Shown: positions 1 to 10,418 of the stretch, one piece after another
How positions within the stretch are numbered: position 1 is the stretch's first letter
Layout: every line of letters starts with the position of its first letter
Origin: an uncultured delta proteobacterium
GTDB taxonomy: Bacteria > Desulfobacterota > Syntrophia > Syntrophales > UBA2185
Length of the DNA stretch: 64,000 nt
Reading direction: 5' to 3'
NCBI GenBank assembly: GCA_963729715.1
Contig: CAVSPA010000006.1
Location: 438,528-502,527 of the forward strand
The notes under the pieces: model-generated
What the model saw: only the letters and a program-made list of their open reading frames with translations
What the model was told of the DNA's origin: nothing
The model's database searches: none
Position numbers and translations under genes: made by a program

Positions 1-12
1 AAATGGTCAGAT

Positions 13-1638
13 ATGCCACAACGCGCAGGAATCAAGAATTTACTGCCCTGGATTGCCGCCGTAGCAGGCGGCATTGTGGCGTTCCTGGGCTACGCTGGCT
101 TTGACCATTTCTACCTAGAGTGGATATGCCTCGTGCCCGTGCTGTGGGCGATTCGCGGGCAGAGCCCAAGACGTGCGTTCCTCATGGGCTGGGTCGCAGG
201 TATTGTGGGGCACGGTGGAGGTTTCTACTGGATCGTCCATATGTTCCAACAATTCGCGGGGCTGGCATGGCCGTTCGCGGTACTTGGGCTGCTACTTATT
301 GCCGCGGCGAATGGCATCGTGTTCGCGGCATGGGCAGGGATCATGCGGCTGATCATACGCGACACCGGCTGGAACGTGGTCTGGGTCTCCCCCATAGTGT
401 GGACCGCACTCGAAAAGTTCTGGCCCGAGATTTTCCCTAACTACCTCGGCGCGAGCCAATACAAGCTCAACCTTTTGACACAAATCGCAGATGTAACAGG
501 CATCCTCGGAGTTACTTTCCTCGTCGTATATGCTAATTCCATGATCTATTCGGTGATTGAGGGCCAGCTCAATAAGCGGCCCTTTTCTCTGCGTCCGGTA
601 GTGGTTTTCACGACTGTCGTTGCGCTGATGATAGGTTACGGGGAGGTCCGCATGCACATGGTTGACCAGCAGGCCTCCATGGCTGAGAAGCTGACAGTCG
701 GCGTAGTCCAGATTAATCGTGATGCAGGGGAGAAGTATAATGAACCAGTTCGTTTTGTCCGCGAGCACCAGGAAATGTCCAAAGACATTACCGCCACCGG
801 CGCCGTCGACCTCATCGTGTGGCCGGAGAGTGCCTACCCCCTCAACCTCATCACGTCCCGGGAGGGTAAGCTTCCACCTGATGTGCTTGGTAATCTGCAC
901 ACGCCAACGCTGTTCGGCGCAGTCTTGCGCATTGACCAGGGCGGCAAACCCCGCTTCTATAACAGCGCCGTACTTGCAGACGGGATGGGGAAAATCCTCG
1001 GTACGTACGACAAGATGGTGCTCGTGCCCTTCGGTGAGTACATCCCCTTCGGCGATACATTCACATGGCTGTACTCATGGTCGCCCTACTCTAGCCGGTT
1101 CTGGCCGGGAGAGAACGATGAGCCACTCCAGCTCGGAAGGCACCTGATCTCGGTAAACATCTGCTATGAGGATATCTTTCCCGGGCAGATCCGTTTACTC
1201 ATGAACGGAGGGCGTTACCACCGTGTTCCTGAAGCGATGTTCAACCTGACCGACGACTCCTGGTACGGTAATACGGTCGAACCAATGGAGCATCTCGCCC
1301 TCGCAAGCTTCCGCGCAATCGAGCACCGTCGGTCCCTTGTTCGGACCACGAATACCGGTATATCTGCCATTGTGGACCCGGTAGGTCGGATTGACCACCG
1401 CATCAGGCAATGGACAAAGGGGACGCTTGTCGGGCCGATCCCGATAATGTATGGCCGCACAGTCTATGCCGTGATCGGGGACTGGTTAGGATGGCTGTGT
1501 GTCATCCTCGTACTCCTTGGCATCGGCCGAGTATACCAGTTGACCAGGACTCGCGTCGAGAAAGCGAAGGTACTTGGAAGCAAGGGGAAGAAACGTCGCC
1601 AGGATCTCCCTGCACAGCACAAGCGACCGCGGAAATAA
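13..1638 (+). CDS. lnt: Apolipoprotein N-acyltransferase
   Basis: N-terminal TM helices plus nitrilase domain with WPES, YDKMVLVPFGEYIP and ICYEDIF (E-K-C triad). Confidence 0.95.
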   Translation: MPQRAGIKNLLPWIAAVAGGIVAFLGYAGFDHFYLEWICLVPVLWAIRGQSPRRAFLMGWVAGIVGHGGGFYWIVHMFQQFAGLAWPFAVLGLLLIAAANGIVFAAWAGIMRLIIRDTGWNVVWVSPIVWTALEKFWPEIFPNYLGASQYKLNLLTQIADVTGILGVTFLVVYANSMIYSVIEGQLNKRPFSLRPVVVFTTVVALMIGYGEVRMHMVDQQASMAEKLTVGVVQINRDAGEKYNEPVRFVREHQEMSKDITATGAVDLIVWPESAYPLNLITSREGKLPPDVLGNLHTPTLFGAVLRIDQGGKPRFYNSAVLADGMGKILGTYDKMVLVPFGEYIPFGDTFTWLYSWSPYSSRFWPGENDEPLQLGRHLISVNICYEDIFPGQIRLLMNGGRYHRVPEAMFNLTDDSWYGNTVEPMEHLALASFRAIEHRRSLVRTTNTGISAIVDPVGRIDHRIRQWTKGTLVGPIPIMYGRTVYAVIGDWLGWLCVILVLLGIGRVYQLTRTRVEKAKVLGSKGKKRRQDLPAQHKRPRK

Positions 1639-2025
1639 TGAGTCATATAAGAGTTCGCACCGAAAAAATAATTTTAAAAAGAATGTTTATATTATTTGAA
1701 TAAGACTTACAGACATTAGAAGTGAGCGTAGATAGATCGGCTCCCAGTAGCCTTAGCGTTATTACTCAATTTAATTCGTAACTCACAACATCAAGACTTT
1801 TTAAAATCGTTTTTTTTAGGTGAAGCAAACAGTCCTTCCTTTCAGGTCTTTCTTCCTTGGACTGTTGATTTTCTGATTCAGACAACCCGCACTACAGTTC
1901 ACTCGGTAATCGCCAAAAAAATCCGAGAACTCTAACTCAAAATGTGTTACAAGCTCCAGGGGCAGGTCAATGTCTTGGTTAGTGTCTCGGGCTCAATACA
2001 AACCATAATGATACGATGGAATAAA

Positions 2026-2955
2026 ATGAAAAAATTCTTAGGGTACGGATTGGTCGTTGTCGTTGCCATCGTTGTCCTGCTGGTGGGATTTTACTTCTTT
2101 TTCCCGGAAGCGGCTTTCAAGTTGGCGATGGACGTCCAAAGACGCTCCGCCGATTTGGTCAAAAAGGAAGTCCAAGTCGATGATCACAGGATAGTCTACC
2201 TGGAAGGAGGAACAGGAGAAACAGTCATACTTCTTCATGGATTCGGCGGCAACAAAGATAACTGGACGGCATTCGCCAAATACTTGAAGGGCTACCACCT
2301 GGTTATCCCCGACGTCCCTGGTTTCGGTGAGAGCTCGCAGGTGCCGACGGATAGTTACGATGTCGAGAGCCAGGTGGGGCGCATCAACAGATTTGTGGAG
2401 GTGCTCAAGCTCGATAAATTCCACATGGCAGGAAATTCAATGGGAGGTGCATTGACTGCAACCTACGGAGCAAAACACCCCGACAAGGTCCTGACTCTTG
2501 CCCTATTGGACACGTCTGGAGCTCCATCTCAGAACAAGAGCGAGCTCGTCATGCAACTGGAGAAGGGCAATAATCCGTTGCTCGCTAGCAACACCGACGA
2601 TTTCGATAAGCTTATGGCATTGATTTTCGTGAAGACGCCGACAATCCCCACATCTTTCAAGAAAATTATGGTCGCAGATTTGATCGCCCACGCGGAGTTC
2701 AACAAGAAAATATGGAACGACAGGCAGCCGAATCAATTCACTTTAGCAGCCTTTCTACCCCTGATTCAGGCACCCGTCCTGATCATATGGGGGGATCGGG
2801 ACAAACTGACGGACGTAGGAGGCGTTACTTTTCTGGAAAAGAATCTAAAGAATTACAGGACGGTTATCATGAACGATACAGGACATTGTCCCATGGTTGA
2901 GAAGCCTGAAGAAACAGCGAAGGCCTATATGAGTTTCTTGAAGGAGAAAAGGTGA
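2026..2955 (+). CDS. Alpha/beta hydrolase (lipase/esterase-like) with N-terminal membrane anchor
   Basis: LLHGFGG, GNSMGG nucleophile elbow, WGDRD, GHCP; ATG 2026 precedes a hydrophobic segment. Confidence 0.9.
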   Translation: MKKFLGYGLVVVVAIVVLLVGFYFFFPEAAFKLAMDVQRRSADLVKKEVQVDDHRIVYLEGGTGETVILLHGFGGNKDNWTAFAKYLKGYHLVIPDVPGFGESSQVPTDSYDVESQVGRINRFVEVLKLDKFHMAGNSMGGALTATYGAKHPDKVLTLALLDTSGAPSQNKSELVMQLEKGNNPLLASNTDDFDKLMALIFVKTPTIPTSFKKIMVADLIAHAEFNKKIWNDRQPNQFTLAAFLPLIQAPVLIIWGDRDKLTDVGGVTFLEKNLKNYRTVIMNDTGHCPMVEKPEETAKAYMSFLKEKR

Positions 2956-3442
2956 AGATTCCTTATAATGGATTGTACTAGTGACGGCATTAACCGTATC
3001 TCTCAGATCCCCACTGCAATTGAAGAAGAGGCAGGGTCATCATGCCCTGCCTCTATGGTACATTTCGATCTGTAATCCTCAGTCTCAGTCTAAATTGATC
3101 TCCACTACTGAAACTTTGGTGAACTCAACGTTCGCCTATTTGGTACTTCTTTCTGAAAGTCCACAAACCATTAACCTTGATGAAGATACAACACCTTAAA
3201 CCGTAGTCATTAATATTCTTTCCAAAATAATAATGATATATATAAACGGTTAAAATAGTGTGGCACCGCTGGGGAAAGAGGCTATGAATGAGAAAACAAA
3301 ATTTAATTTCAATCGTCAACAAGGGCGGGACAGGGGAAACAAAAATAACTGTGTGCGGTTACGGAATCATGTTAGAACCCACCTAATGGGGTGTCATGAA
3401 TGGCAGGCCCTTGGGCTTGAAATCAGCGGGAGGTGAAAACTC

Positions 3443-4188
3443 ATGAAGACAGTTTCTTTCCATACTCGATCCTTTGTGTTCTGTCTCTGCCTTCTGCTGG
3501 CAGGTGTTTTGCCGGATTGGTTTACGGCCAGCAGACGGGGATAGGGCAGCAAGATCGAATGCCAAACAGTGCGCCAGGTTTGGAGACCCAGATAGCGGCA
3601 GGGAAAAACACCATATACCAGGATCAGTAGGCTATAGCGGCAGCGCAAACTTTGCTGTCCGGATATATGCAGGATTGGGACACCCTGAAGAAGGAGCTCC
3701 TGGCATGCCGAAATGCACTGGACATCTCGAACAAAAAGTCCCAGGCAGACCAACATAAACTTGACGATCTGAATAAGCAGCTCCAGAGCGCGCAGGCAGC
3801 ACACAACCAGAAAGGAGCGGCCAACCTGCAGACCAAGATAACGGCGACACAGCAGGAAGTCAATATGTTATTGTCCTATATAACGGACTTAACGGGGCAA
3901 ATAAGCGATTTAGAGACGAATTTAATACCGCAGAATCAGCAAAAGGTCGCACAAGAACAAGCCGACCTAAACAGATTGCAGGATATACTCCAGCACGACC
4001 AGAATGCGTTGAACAATCTGAGACATGCAGGGCACATGGGCCAGCAAGGTACCGCCTCAAGCGCGGCGGCTCCGACCGACGCGAAGAGTGCAGCGAAGCA
4101 AGGAAGCGCTGCGGCTGCAAGCACCACTACAAACTCGGCTAGCGGACAGAAAGGTGCCGTTCCAGGACCAGGGCTACCCGTGGATTAG
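3443..4188 (+). pseudogene. Secreted coiled-coil/Q-rich protein, disrupted by a frameshift near 3510 and an in-frame TAG at 3628-3630
   Basis: GGAGG RBS, then ATG 3443 with a signal-like peptide that shifts frame in a T-run; ORFs 3433-3630 and 3652-4188 are in one frame separated by TAG. Confidence 0.55.
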
Positions 4189-4408
4189 CTCACCATCGGC
4201 AAGAAGGGCCTCCGCTAATCCTGGAAACAGATGAAGAAAAAAGAAGGAACCGGTAAGCAAAAGCCAGGCGGGAGATGCGTCTCAGAGAAAAATAAAAGGA
4301 AAAGGAATGCCAACTCGATGCGAACAGCTGCGAGTTAGCTTGATAATACTACGTGCTTAAATTAGCTTACGTATTTTATGCCCAGGTTTAAGAATTTCCA
4401 TGTACTAG

Positions 4409-4480
4409 TGTCATTTCCAGCGTAGCGATAAATCTTAACGGGGGTAAAATAAAAGATATCTCCCTTCGGTCGCTATGACA
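4409..4480. repeat. Intergenic palindromic element (TGTCAT...ATGACA, REP/RPE-like)
   Basis: TGTCATTTCCAGCGTAGCGATAAATCTT ... AAGATATCTCCCTTCGGTCGCTATGACA imperfect inverted repeat. Confidence 0.65.
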
Positions 4481-4499
4481 CCTTAAGAGTATATAAGCA

Positions 4500-5135
4500 G
4501 TGTGGGAACTTATTACAATCTTCGTTTCTTCTTTTATCATCGCCTTCTCCGGCGCTATGATGCCGGGGCCTCTGCTTACGGCGACAATCAGTGAGAGCTC
4601 GCAAAGGGGATTGGTCGCCGGACCTTTGCTTATCGCAGGTCATGGCATCCTGGAGATTATGCTGCTTGCTGCGCTTGTCTTGGGATTGGCCCCGTTTCTT
4701 CGGCGTAACGACGTCTTTGCCGTTGTCGCCATAGCCGGTGGTGTTATCCTGCTCTGGATGGCTGCCGCGATGTTCCGCGCCCTGCCGACGTTGACTTTGT
4801 CATTGATCACGGGGAAGACCAAGAGTGCCTCCCTGGTCATGAATGGAGCGATCCTGAGCATAGCTAATCCCTACTGGGTGGTCTGGTGGGCGACAATAGG
4901 GTTTGGTTACGTCATTTATAGCTGGGGTTTCGGTATAGCAGGCCTAATATTTTTTTTCACGGGACACATTCTCGCAGATTTTGTCTGGTACTCAGCGGTT
5001 TCTGCGGCAGTAGGGAAGGGCAGGCATCTTTTCACTGATGGTTCTTATAGATGGGTCATGGGAACATGCGCAGTTGTATTAATTCTCTTTGCATGCTATT
5101 TCTTCTATGCCGGAGCACAGAAAATAATTGCTTGA
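4500..5135 (+). CDS. LysE-family translocator
   Basis: AFSGAMMPGPL, GHGILE and ANPYWVVWWAT motifs; multiple TM helices. Confidence 0.9.
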   Translation: MWELITIFVSSFIIAFSGAMMPGPLLTATISESSQRGLVAGPLLIAGHGILEIMLLAALVLGLAPFLRRNDVFAVVAIAGGVILLWMAAAMFRALPTLTLSLITGKTKSASLVMNGAILSIANPYWVVWWATIGFGYVIYSWGFGIAGLIFFFTGHILADFVWYSAVSAAVGKGRHLFTDGSYRWVMGTCAVVLILFACYFFYAGAQKIIA

Positions 5136-5161
5136 GAGATTGAAAGAGGAGAAAAGCCTGA

Positions 5162-5566
5162 ATGACGAAGAAGACGCAAAAATCCGACCTCGATGGGCTG
5201 ACTTTACTCAGGCGGGATGCCCAACCCACAAAGAATCTGGAAACATTTCCTAACCATCATCCGGGAAGGGACTACGTTGTAACGCTAAAGACGGAAGAGT
5301 TCACATGCGCCTGTCCGGCGACGGGGCAGCCGGATTTTGCCAGGCTGATCATCCAGTACATACCGGACAAAAAGATTATCGAATCAAAGTCCCTGAAATT
5401 GTATCTCTGGTCTTACCGTGACGAAGGGGTGTTTCATGAGCATGTGGCCAACGTGATTCTTGACGATCTGGTTCTTGCTCTCAAGCCCCGGTGGTGCAAG
5501 GTAACGGCGGATTTTGCCGTCCGTGGGGGCATTTCCATTACCATAGATGCGGAATACAAAAAGTGA
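5162..5566 (+). CDS. queF: PreQ1 synthase (7-cyano-7-deazaguanine reductase), short type
   Basis: EFTCACPATGQPDFA, ESKSLKLYL, FHEH, RGGI. Confidence 0.95.
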   Translation: MTKKTQKSDLDGLTLLRRDAQPTKNLETFPNHHPGRDYVVTLKTEEFTCACPATGQPDFARLIIQYIPDKKIIESKSLKLYLWSYRDEGVFHEHVANVILDDLVLALKPRWCKVTADFAVRGGISITIDAEYKK

Positions 5567-5635
5567 TCTTGCCGGCATGCCGGATACCCGTAATAAGGCC
5601 CCAAGATCATTGCCGGAATGTCATCTAGAATACTG

Positions 5636-5664
5636 TTGACATGGAAGGCTTCTGTTACTATGTT
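5636..5664 (+). promoter_or_regulatory. Sigma70-type promoter of the activator gene
   Basis: TTGACA-17 nt-TATGTT about 30 nt upstream of GTG 5696. Confidence 0.55.
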
Positions 5665-5695
5665 ATATTAAAAGAAATTTTTCAGGAAGAAGAAA

Positions 5696-7168
5696 GTGTC
5701 AAAACCTACATCCAGAACAAAAAAAGCAGATAATCTGAAATTAGTCGGAGCAGACGAATCCCATCAGGCCCGGCACAAATGTGATTTTTGCGAACTGGAA
5801 GATATCATTGAGGCATCCCATGACGGCCTTTTCATAACCGACGGGCAGGGGGTTATCCTGAGGGTAAATAGTGCATGGGAGCGTATTGCCGGAATCCAGA
5901 GGGACTTCGCCGTAGGAAAGTGCGCTAAGGACCTCGTAAATCATAAATGGTACACGGAATCTTCAGCAATGGCGGCAATCAGGGAAAGAAAGAAAGTGAC
6001 AGTCATGCTGGAGATGCTCAAAGGGGAAAAAATCGGCCAGAAAATAATGGCGACGGCCATACCCATATGGGGTGACGATGGTGAAATCAGGCGGGTTGTC
6101 GCCAATATCAGAGATATAACGGAAATACTCTATTTGAAGCAGTTGCTCGAGAAGACGCAGCGGTTGAATGAATTATATGCCGCCGAACTTGAGCAGATGA
6201 AGAACGTCGATATAGTCGCTCACAGCGAATCGACGAAGCGGCTAATGGAAATCGTGGCGCGCGTCGCCAGTTTCGATGTATCGGTGTTAATCACCGGCGA
6301 ATCCGGTGTGGGCAAGGAAGTGATTGCGAATGCCATACATCAGCAAAGCCAGCGCTCCAAGGGCCCTCTCATCAAGGTGAACTCCGGAGCAATTCCTGAA
6401 ACACTTCTTGAATCCGAACTTTTTGGTTACGATTACGGCGCTTTTACGGGTGCAAAAAAACAGGGGAAACCCGGCATGTTTGAGCTCGCAAATGAGGGGA
6501 CCCTGTTTCTCGACGAAGTCGGCGATATACCATACAGTCTACAGGGAAAACTCTTAAGAGCCCTGCAGGATCGTGAGATCATGCGGATTGGTGGCGTGAA
6601 GCCCGCTCCCGTCGATGTGCGCATTGTTGCGGCGACAAACAAGAATCTTGAAGAAATGGTAAAAAAAGGCACTTTCCGTGACGACCTTTATTATCGTCTG
6701 AACGTCGTTGCGATTGAGATTCCTCCGCTCCGTGAGCGCAAAGAAGACATACCTATGTTTGTTTTGCACTTTCTGGATAAGATGAACAAGAAACACCAGT
6801 ACAATAAGCGCATTTCACCGGAGGTTATAGATGTTCTGATGCTCTATTCCTGGCCCGGTAATGTGCGGGAATTGGAAAACGTAGTGGAGAGGATGATCAT
6901 CATGACGGAGGGTGATGAGATAACCATGAAGCATCTGCCCATTCAGATCAAAAGTCAGATCTCTGCTGATGCAATGAGCGTCATCGGGGGCAGCAGTTTC
7001 AAAACGACAATTGAGCAGGCGGAGAAGCAACTCCTGAAGCAGGCGCTCCAGAATCACAAGAGTACAAGAGGGATCGCCAAGGCAATGAAGATCAATCAAT
7101 CCACGGTCGTGCGCAAACTGAAGAAATATAACCTCGGTCCATCCCCGGATAACGAACCACAGAAATAA
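5696..7168 (+). CDS. PAS-domain sigma54-dependent transcriptional activator (bEBP)
   Basis: PAS domain, GESGVGKE Walker [25 protein letters not shown]-terminal HTH. Confidence 0.95.
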   Translation: MSKPTSRTKKADNLKLVGADESHQARHKCDFCELEDIIEASHDGLFITDGQGVILRVNSAWERIAGIQRDFAVGKCAKDLVNHKWYTESSAMAAIRERKKVTVMLEMLKGEKIGQKIMATAIPIWGDDGEIRRVVANIRDITEILYLKQLLEKTQRLNELYAAELEQMKNVDIVAHSESTKRLMEIVARVASFDVSVLITGESGVGKEVIANAIHQQSQRSKGPLIKVNSGAIPETLLESELFGYDYGAFTGAKKQGKPGMFELANEGTLFLDEVGDIPYSLQGKLLRALQDREIMRIGGVKPAPVDVRIVAATNKNLEEMVKKGTFRDDLYYRLNVVAIEIPPLRERKEDIPMFVLHFLDKMNKKHQYNKRISPEVIDVLMLYSWPGNVRELENVVERMIIMTEGDEITMKHLPIQIKSQISADAMSVIGGSSFKTTIEQAEKQLLKQALQNHKSTRGIAKAMKINQSTVVRKLKKYNLGPSPDNEPQK

Positions 7169-7275
7169 TTTTTGATCCTTCGGGCGCGAAGGCCAATCCT
7201 ACCTTAATTTGCAGAACAGGCACAAATTCTCTTGCAAGATTACAAGAGATATCTGTTTCTTCGGCAACTCCACAC

Positions 7276-7728
7276 CTATTTGTAAACAGCCATCCGTTGG
7301 GAATGGGCCAGCCTCTTCATGATGCGCTGGGCATGGCGCACATGAATTTCTATGTGATAAATTTTCTTCAGATACTTAACCAGTTCCTTGCCGTCCCAGC
7401 GGTTACTGGAGACTCCAACTTCGCGCGGTGAATTCGTCAAGACCGCTTCGAGCTTCTTCATCACCTCCCTCTTAATGCGGGGCGGCCTGCCCATACGCCG
7501 TCGGTCGAGTACCGCCTCTGCTCCTTCCCTGTTTGCCTTCTGAATCCATTTCACTACCGTCCAGCGGGTTAAACCAAAAAGCTCCGCTGCCTGGGCGGAT
7601 TTCCACCCGGCCACAATCAGGAGCAGAACGGCGATACGTATCCCAATCCAGGCCCCAGGCGTCCGGTCGGCTAAACGAAGCAGAGCCTCTCTGGTAAGTT
7701 CCGGATGATCGAGCGTCAATGCCTTCAT
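7276..7728 (-). mobile_element. Stand-alone HTH protein resembling the IS630 transposase N-terminus (no DDE domain)
   Basis: AAELFGLTRWTVVKWI, GRPPR, PREVG..RWDGKEL..YL; no catalytic domain follows the stop. Confidence 0.65.
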
Positions 7729-7908
7729 GTCTCTGCCCCCTTTCTTTCTTTTGAGGGCAGCATATCAGGGACGTTCTGCGATGTCTACTTATATATGTCG
7801 TTTGTGGTTCGGATCATCGCCTCTGTTTTGAAAACATAAGCGGATATTTATTGGAGGTGTCGGGACGTACAGGAAGGATTTGTGCGTTGATTGTGTCTCA
7901 AAGTAAAA

Positions 7909-7936
7909 GGGAGACGAGTTATCCCCGTCTCCCCCG
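7909..7936 (-). terminator. Intrinsic terminator-like hairpin after the acyl-CoA dehydrogenase
   Basis: GGGAGACG...CGTCTCCC stem followed by a T-run on the minus strand. Confidence 0.6.
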
Positions 7937-7981
7937 AAGTTCATAAACTCAGGCTAAATCATCAAGCCTGCGCAGTATAGG

Positions 7982-9121
7982 CTATCTTAGAATGCTGCCG
8001 CCGATAACCATGCGCATTGCCTCGCTTGTGCCCTCATAGATCTGCGTAATCTTTGCATCTCGCATCAGGCGCTCCACGGGATATTCGCGGCTGTACCCGT
8101 AGCCACCAAATACCTGGACCGCGTCGGTCGTAACAGACATAGCGACATCGGAAGCAAACAGCTTAGCCATTGCCGCCTCTTTGGAATAAGGCAGGTCATT
8201 AGATTTGTTAAAAGCGGCTCGATACGTCATGAGACGGGCTGCCTCAACTTTTGTTGCCATGTTGGCGAGCATAAAGCTGATGCCCTGCTGGGTCGCTATG
8301 GGTTTTCCAAACTGAACACGCTGTTTTGCATATTTGATTGCGTGATCGAGAGCGCCCTGGGCAATGCCAACGGCCTGGGCAGCTATACCGATACGGCCGC
8401 CATCCAAAGTCGCCATGGCAATCCTAAACCCATCGCCTTCTTTTCCTAAGATGTTGGAGGCGGGGGTTTTTGCATTGACCATTATGACTTCGCGCTGTAC
8501 GGCTGCGCGAATACCCATTTTGGTTTCTTTCTTGCCGAAGCTCAAGCCCGGTGAACCTTTCTCGAGAATGAACGCGCTCATGCCCTTAAGGCCGGCCTCT
8601 TTATTTGTTTTGGTAAAGACAACCTCTACTTCCGCCTCTCCACCGTTTGTGTTGAAAACCTTGGTCCCGGTGATAAGATATGAATCTCCTTCTTTGACGG
8701 CAAATGTTGAGGCGTTGCCTACGTCTGTGCCTGCATTGGGTTCCGTTAGACCGAATGCGCCTAACTTTATGCCCTGGGCCAGCGGCACGAGGTATTTCTG
8801 TTTTTGCTCCTCCGTGCCGTACTTGTAGATTGGCCATGAACACAGCGACGTGTGCACCGACATACCGATGGAAGTTGACGCGTCTATGCGTGAAATTTCC
8901 TCAATTGCAATGGCATAAGCGACGAAGTCCATACCGCCTCCGCCGTACTTTTCGGGATAGGGAAGGCCCATGAGGCCCAGTTTACCCATTTCATCAAATA
9001 TACTCCTGTCAAACAGCTCTTTTTCATCACGCTCCACAATAGTCGGAGCCAGCTTCTTTTCCGCAAATTCCCGCACCATCTTGCGGATGCCTTCATTTTC
9101 CGGTGATACAGTAAAATTCAT
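7982..9121 (-). CDS. Acyl-CoA dehydrogenase (butyryl-CoA dehydrogenase-like)
   Basis: GAFGLTEPNAGTD, GGRIGIAAQAVG, RDAKITQIYEGTSE. Confidence 0.95.
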   Translation of the reverse strand: MNFTVSPENEGIRKMVREFAEKKLAPTIVERDEKELFDRSIFDEMGKLGLMGLPYPEKYGGGGMDFVAYAIAIEEISRIDASTSIGMSVHTSLCSWPIYKYGTEEQKQKYLVPLAQGIKLGAFGLTEPNAGTDVGNASTFAVKEGDSYLITGTKVFNTNGGEAEVEVVFTKTNKEAGLKGMSAFILEKGSPGLSFGKKETKMGIRAAVQREVIMVNAKTPASNILGKEGDGFRIAMATLDGGRIGIAAQAVGIAQGALDHAIKYAKQRVQFGKPIATQQGISFMLANMATKVEAARLMTYRAAFNKSNDLPYSKEAAMAKLFASDVAMSVTTDAVQVFGGYGYSREYPVERLMRDAKITQIYEGTSEAMRMVIGGSILR

Positions 9122-9203
9122 AGATTACCCTCCTCTTAAAATATATTGTTTGTCGTTTTCAAAATTGCGCCGACTTGCAGATTGCGGACGGCGATTACTT
9201 TTC

Positions 9204-10397
9204 TTATTGCAGAACCTCCCGCAATTTGGCGGTCAATGCCGGTACGACTTCGTACACATCACCGACTATTCCGTAGGTCGCCACCTTGAAGATGGGAGCA
9301 TCAGGGTCTTTATTAATCGCAATTATAACGTCGGATGTCTGCATCCCGGCTAGATGCTGAATGGCGCCTGATATGCCGCAAGCGATATAGATTTTCGGCG
9401 CCACCGTTTTTCCTGTTTGACCGACCTGGTGCGGATAAGGCATCCAGCCCGCGTCAACAGCAGCACGGGACGATCCGACGGTGCCTTTCAAAACTTGCGC
9501 AAGCTCCTCCACCATCCTGAAGCCTTCCGGCTTTCCAAGTCCCCGCCCTCCGGATACGATGATCTCTGCGTCCTCGAGATTGCATGAGAAAGTGCAGACC
9601 TTGACGACATCGATGAGTTTTGTGCGAATGTCCTTCTCGTTTATTGCCAACTCTTCCCGGATTATTTTTCCCGTGCGGTTGTAGTCCGGTACAGGCTTCT
9701 TAAAGACCTTGGGCCTCACCGTTCCCATCTGCGGACGATTATCGGGGCAAAAGATCGTTGCCATGATATTGCCGCCGAAGGCAGGTCTTGTCCATGCAAC
9801 AAGCCTGGTTTCCGGATCTATGGAAAGATTCGTGCAGTCGGCAGTCAGGCCGGTCTTTACCCTGGCGGATACGCGGGGGCCTAAATCGCGGCCGTCATTG
9901 GTCGCGCCCAATAATATTACGGACGGCAGATACTTCCTGATCAGATGCGTAAAGGCGATTGAATACGCGTCCGTCGAATAGTGGTGAAAAGCGCTCCCTT
10001 CAACCAGGTACACATTGTCGGCGCCGCTCGCAAAAAGTTCCTTGCACATTTCCGCCACATTGTCGCCGATAAGGACGGCAGACAGCTCCTCGCCAAGCTC
10101 CTGGGCAAGCTTCCTGCCCTCGCCGACAAGTTCCAGTGAAACGTTGCGTATACGACCATCACGATGTTCTATGAATACCCAGACGCCCTTATAGGCGCTG
10201 ATGTCTTGCGCCTCTTCCGTTTTTTCCCGTTCTACCTTGATTGCGGATACGGGGCAGCTGCTTTCGCAAGCACCGCAGAATGTACAAGCTTCCGTGAGAA
10301 CGGCTTTATCATCTTTCATGACAATTGCGCCATAAGGACAACTGTCGATGCATGTTTGACAACCAATGCATTCTTCCGACAAAATCTTAACAGACAT
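9204..10397 (-). CDS. etfA: ETF alpha subunit with N-terminal 2x[4Fe-4S] ferredoxin domain
   Basis: CIGCQTCIDSCP and CTFCGACESSCP, then GLTADCT, QVGQTG, GISGAIQH. Confidence 0.95.
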   Translation of the reverse strand: MSVKILSEECIGCQTCIDSCPYGAIVMKDDKAVLTEACTFCGACESSCPVSAIKVEREKTEEAQDISAYKGVWVFIEHRDGRIRNVSLELVGEGRKLAQELGEELSAVLIGDNVAEMCKELFASGADNVYLVEGSAFHHYSTDAYSIAFTHLIRKYLPSVILLGATNDGRDLGPRVSARVKTGLTADCTNLSIDPETRLVAWTRPAFGGNIMATIFCPDNRPQMGTVRPKVFKKPVPDYNRTGKIIREELAINEKDIRTKLIDVVKVCTFSCNLEDAEIIVSGGRGLGKPEGFRMVEELAQVLKGTVGSSRAAVDAGWMPYPHQVGQTGKTVAPKIYIACGISGAIQHLAGMQTSDVIIAINKDPDAPIFKVATYGIVGDVYEVVPALTAKLREVLQ

Positions 10398-10418
10398 ATT
10401 TAACTGCTTCCTCCTCGA

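Noticed and set aside
5136..5161. PreQ1 riboswitch before queF
   Set aside because: Only a 26-bp purine-rich spacer; no aptamer visible
7860..7872. CGGGACGTACAG, matching the scar 2/3 motif
   Set aside because: No TGGCTC tRNA end or hairpin and no continued homology; probably chance
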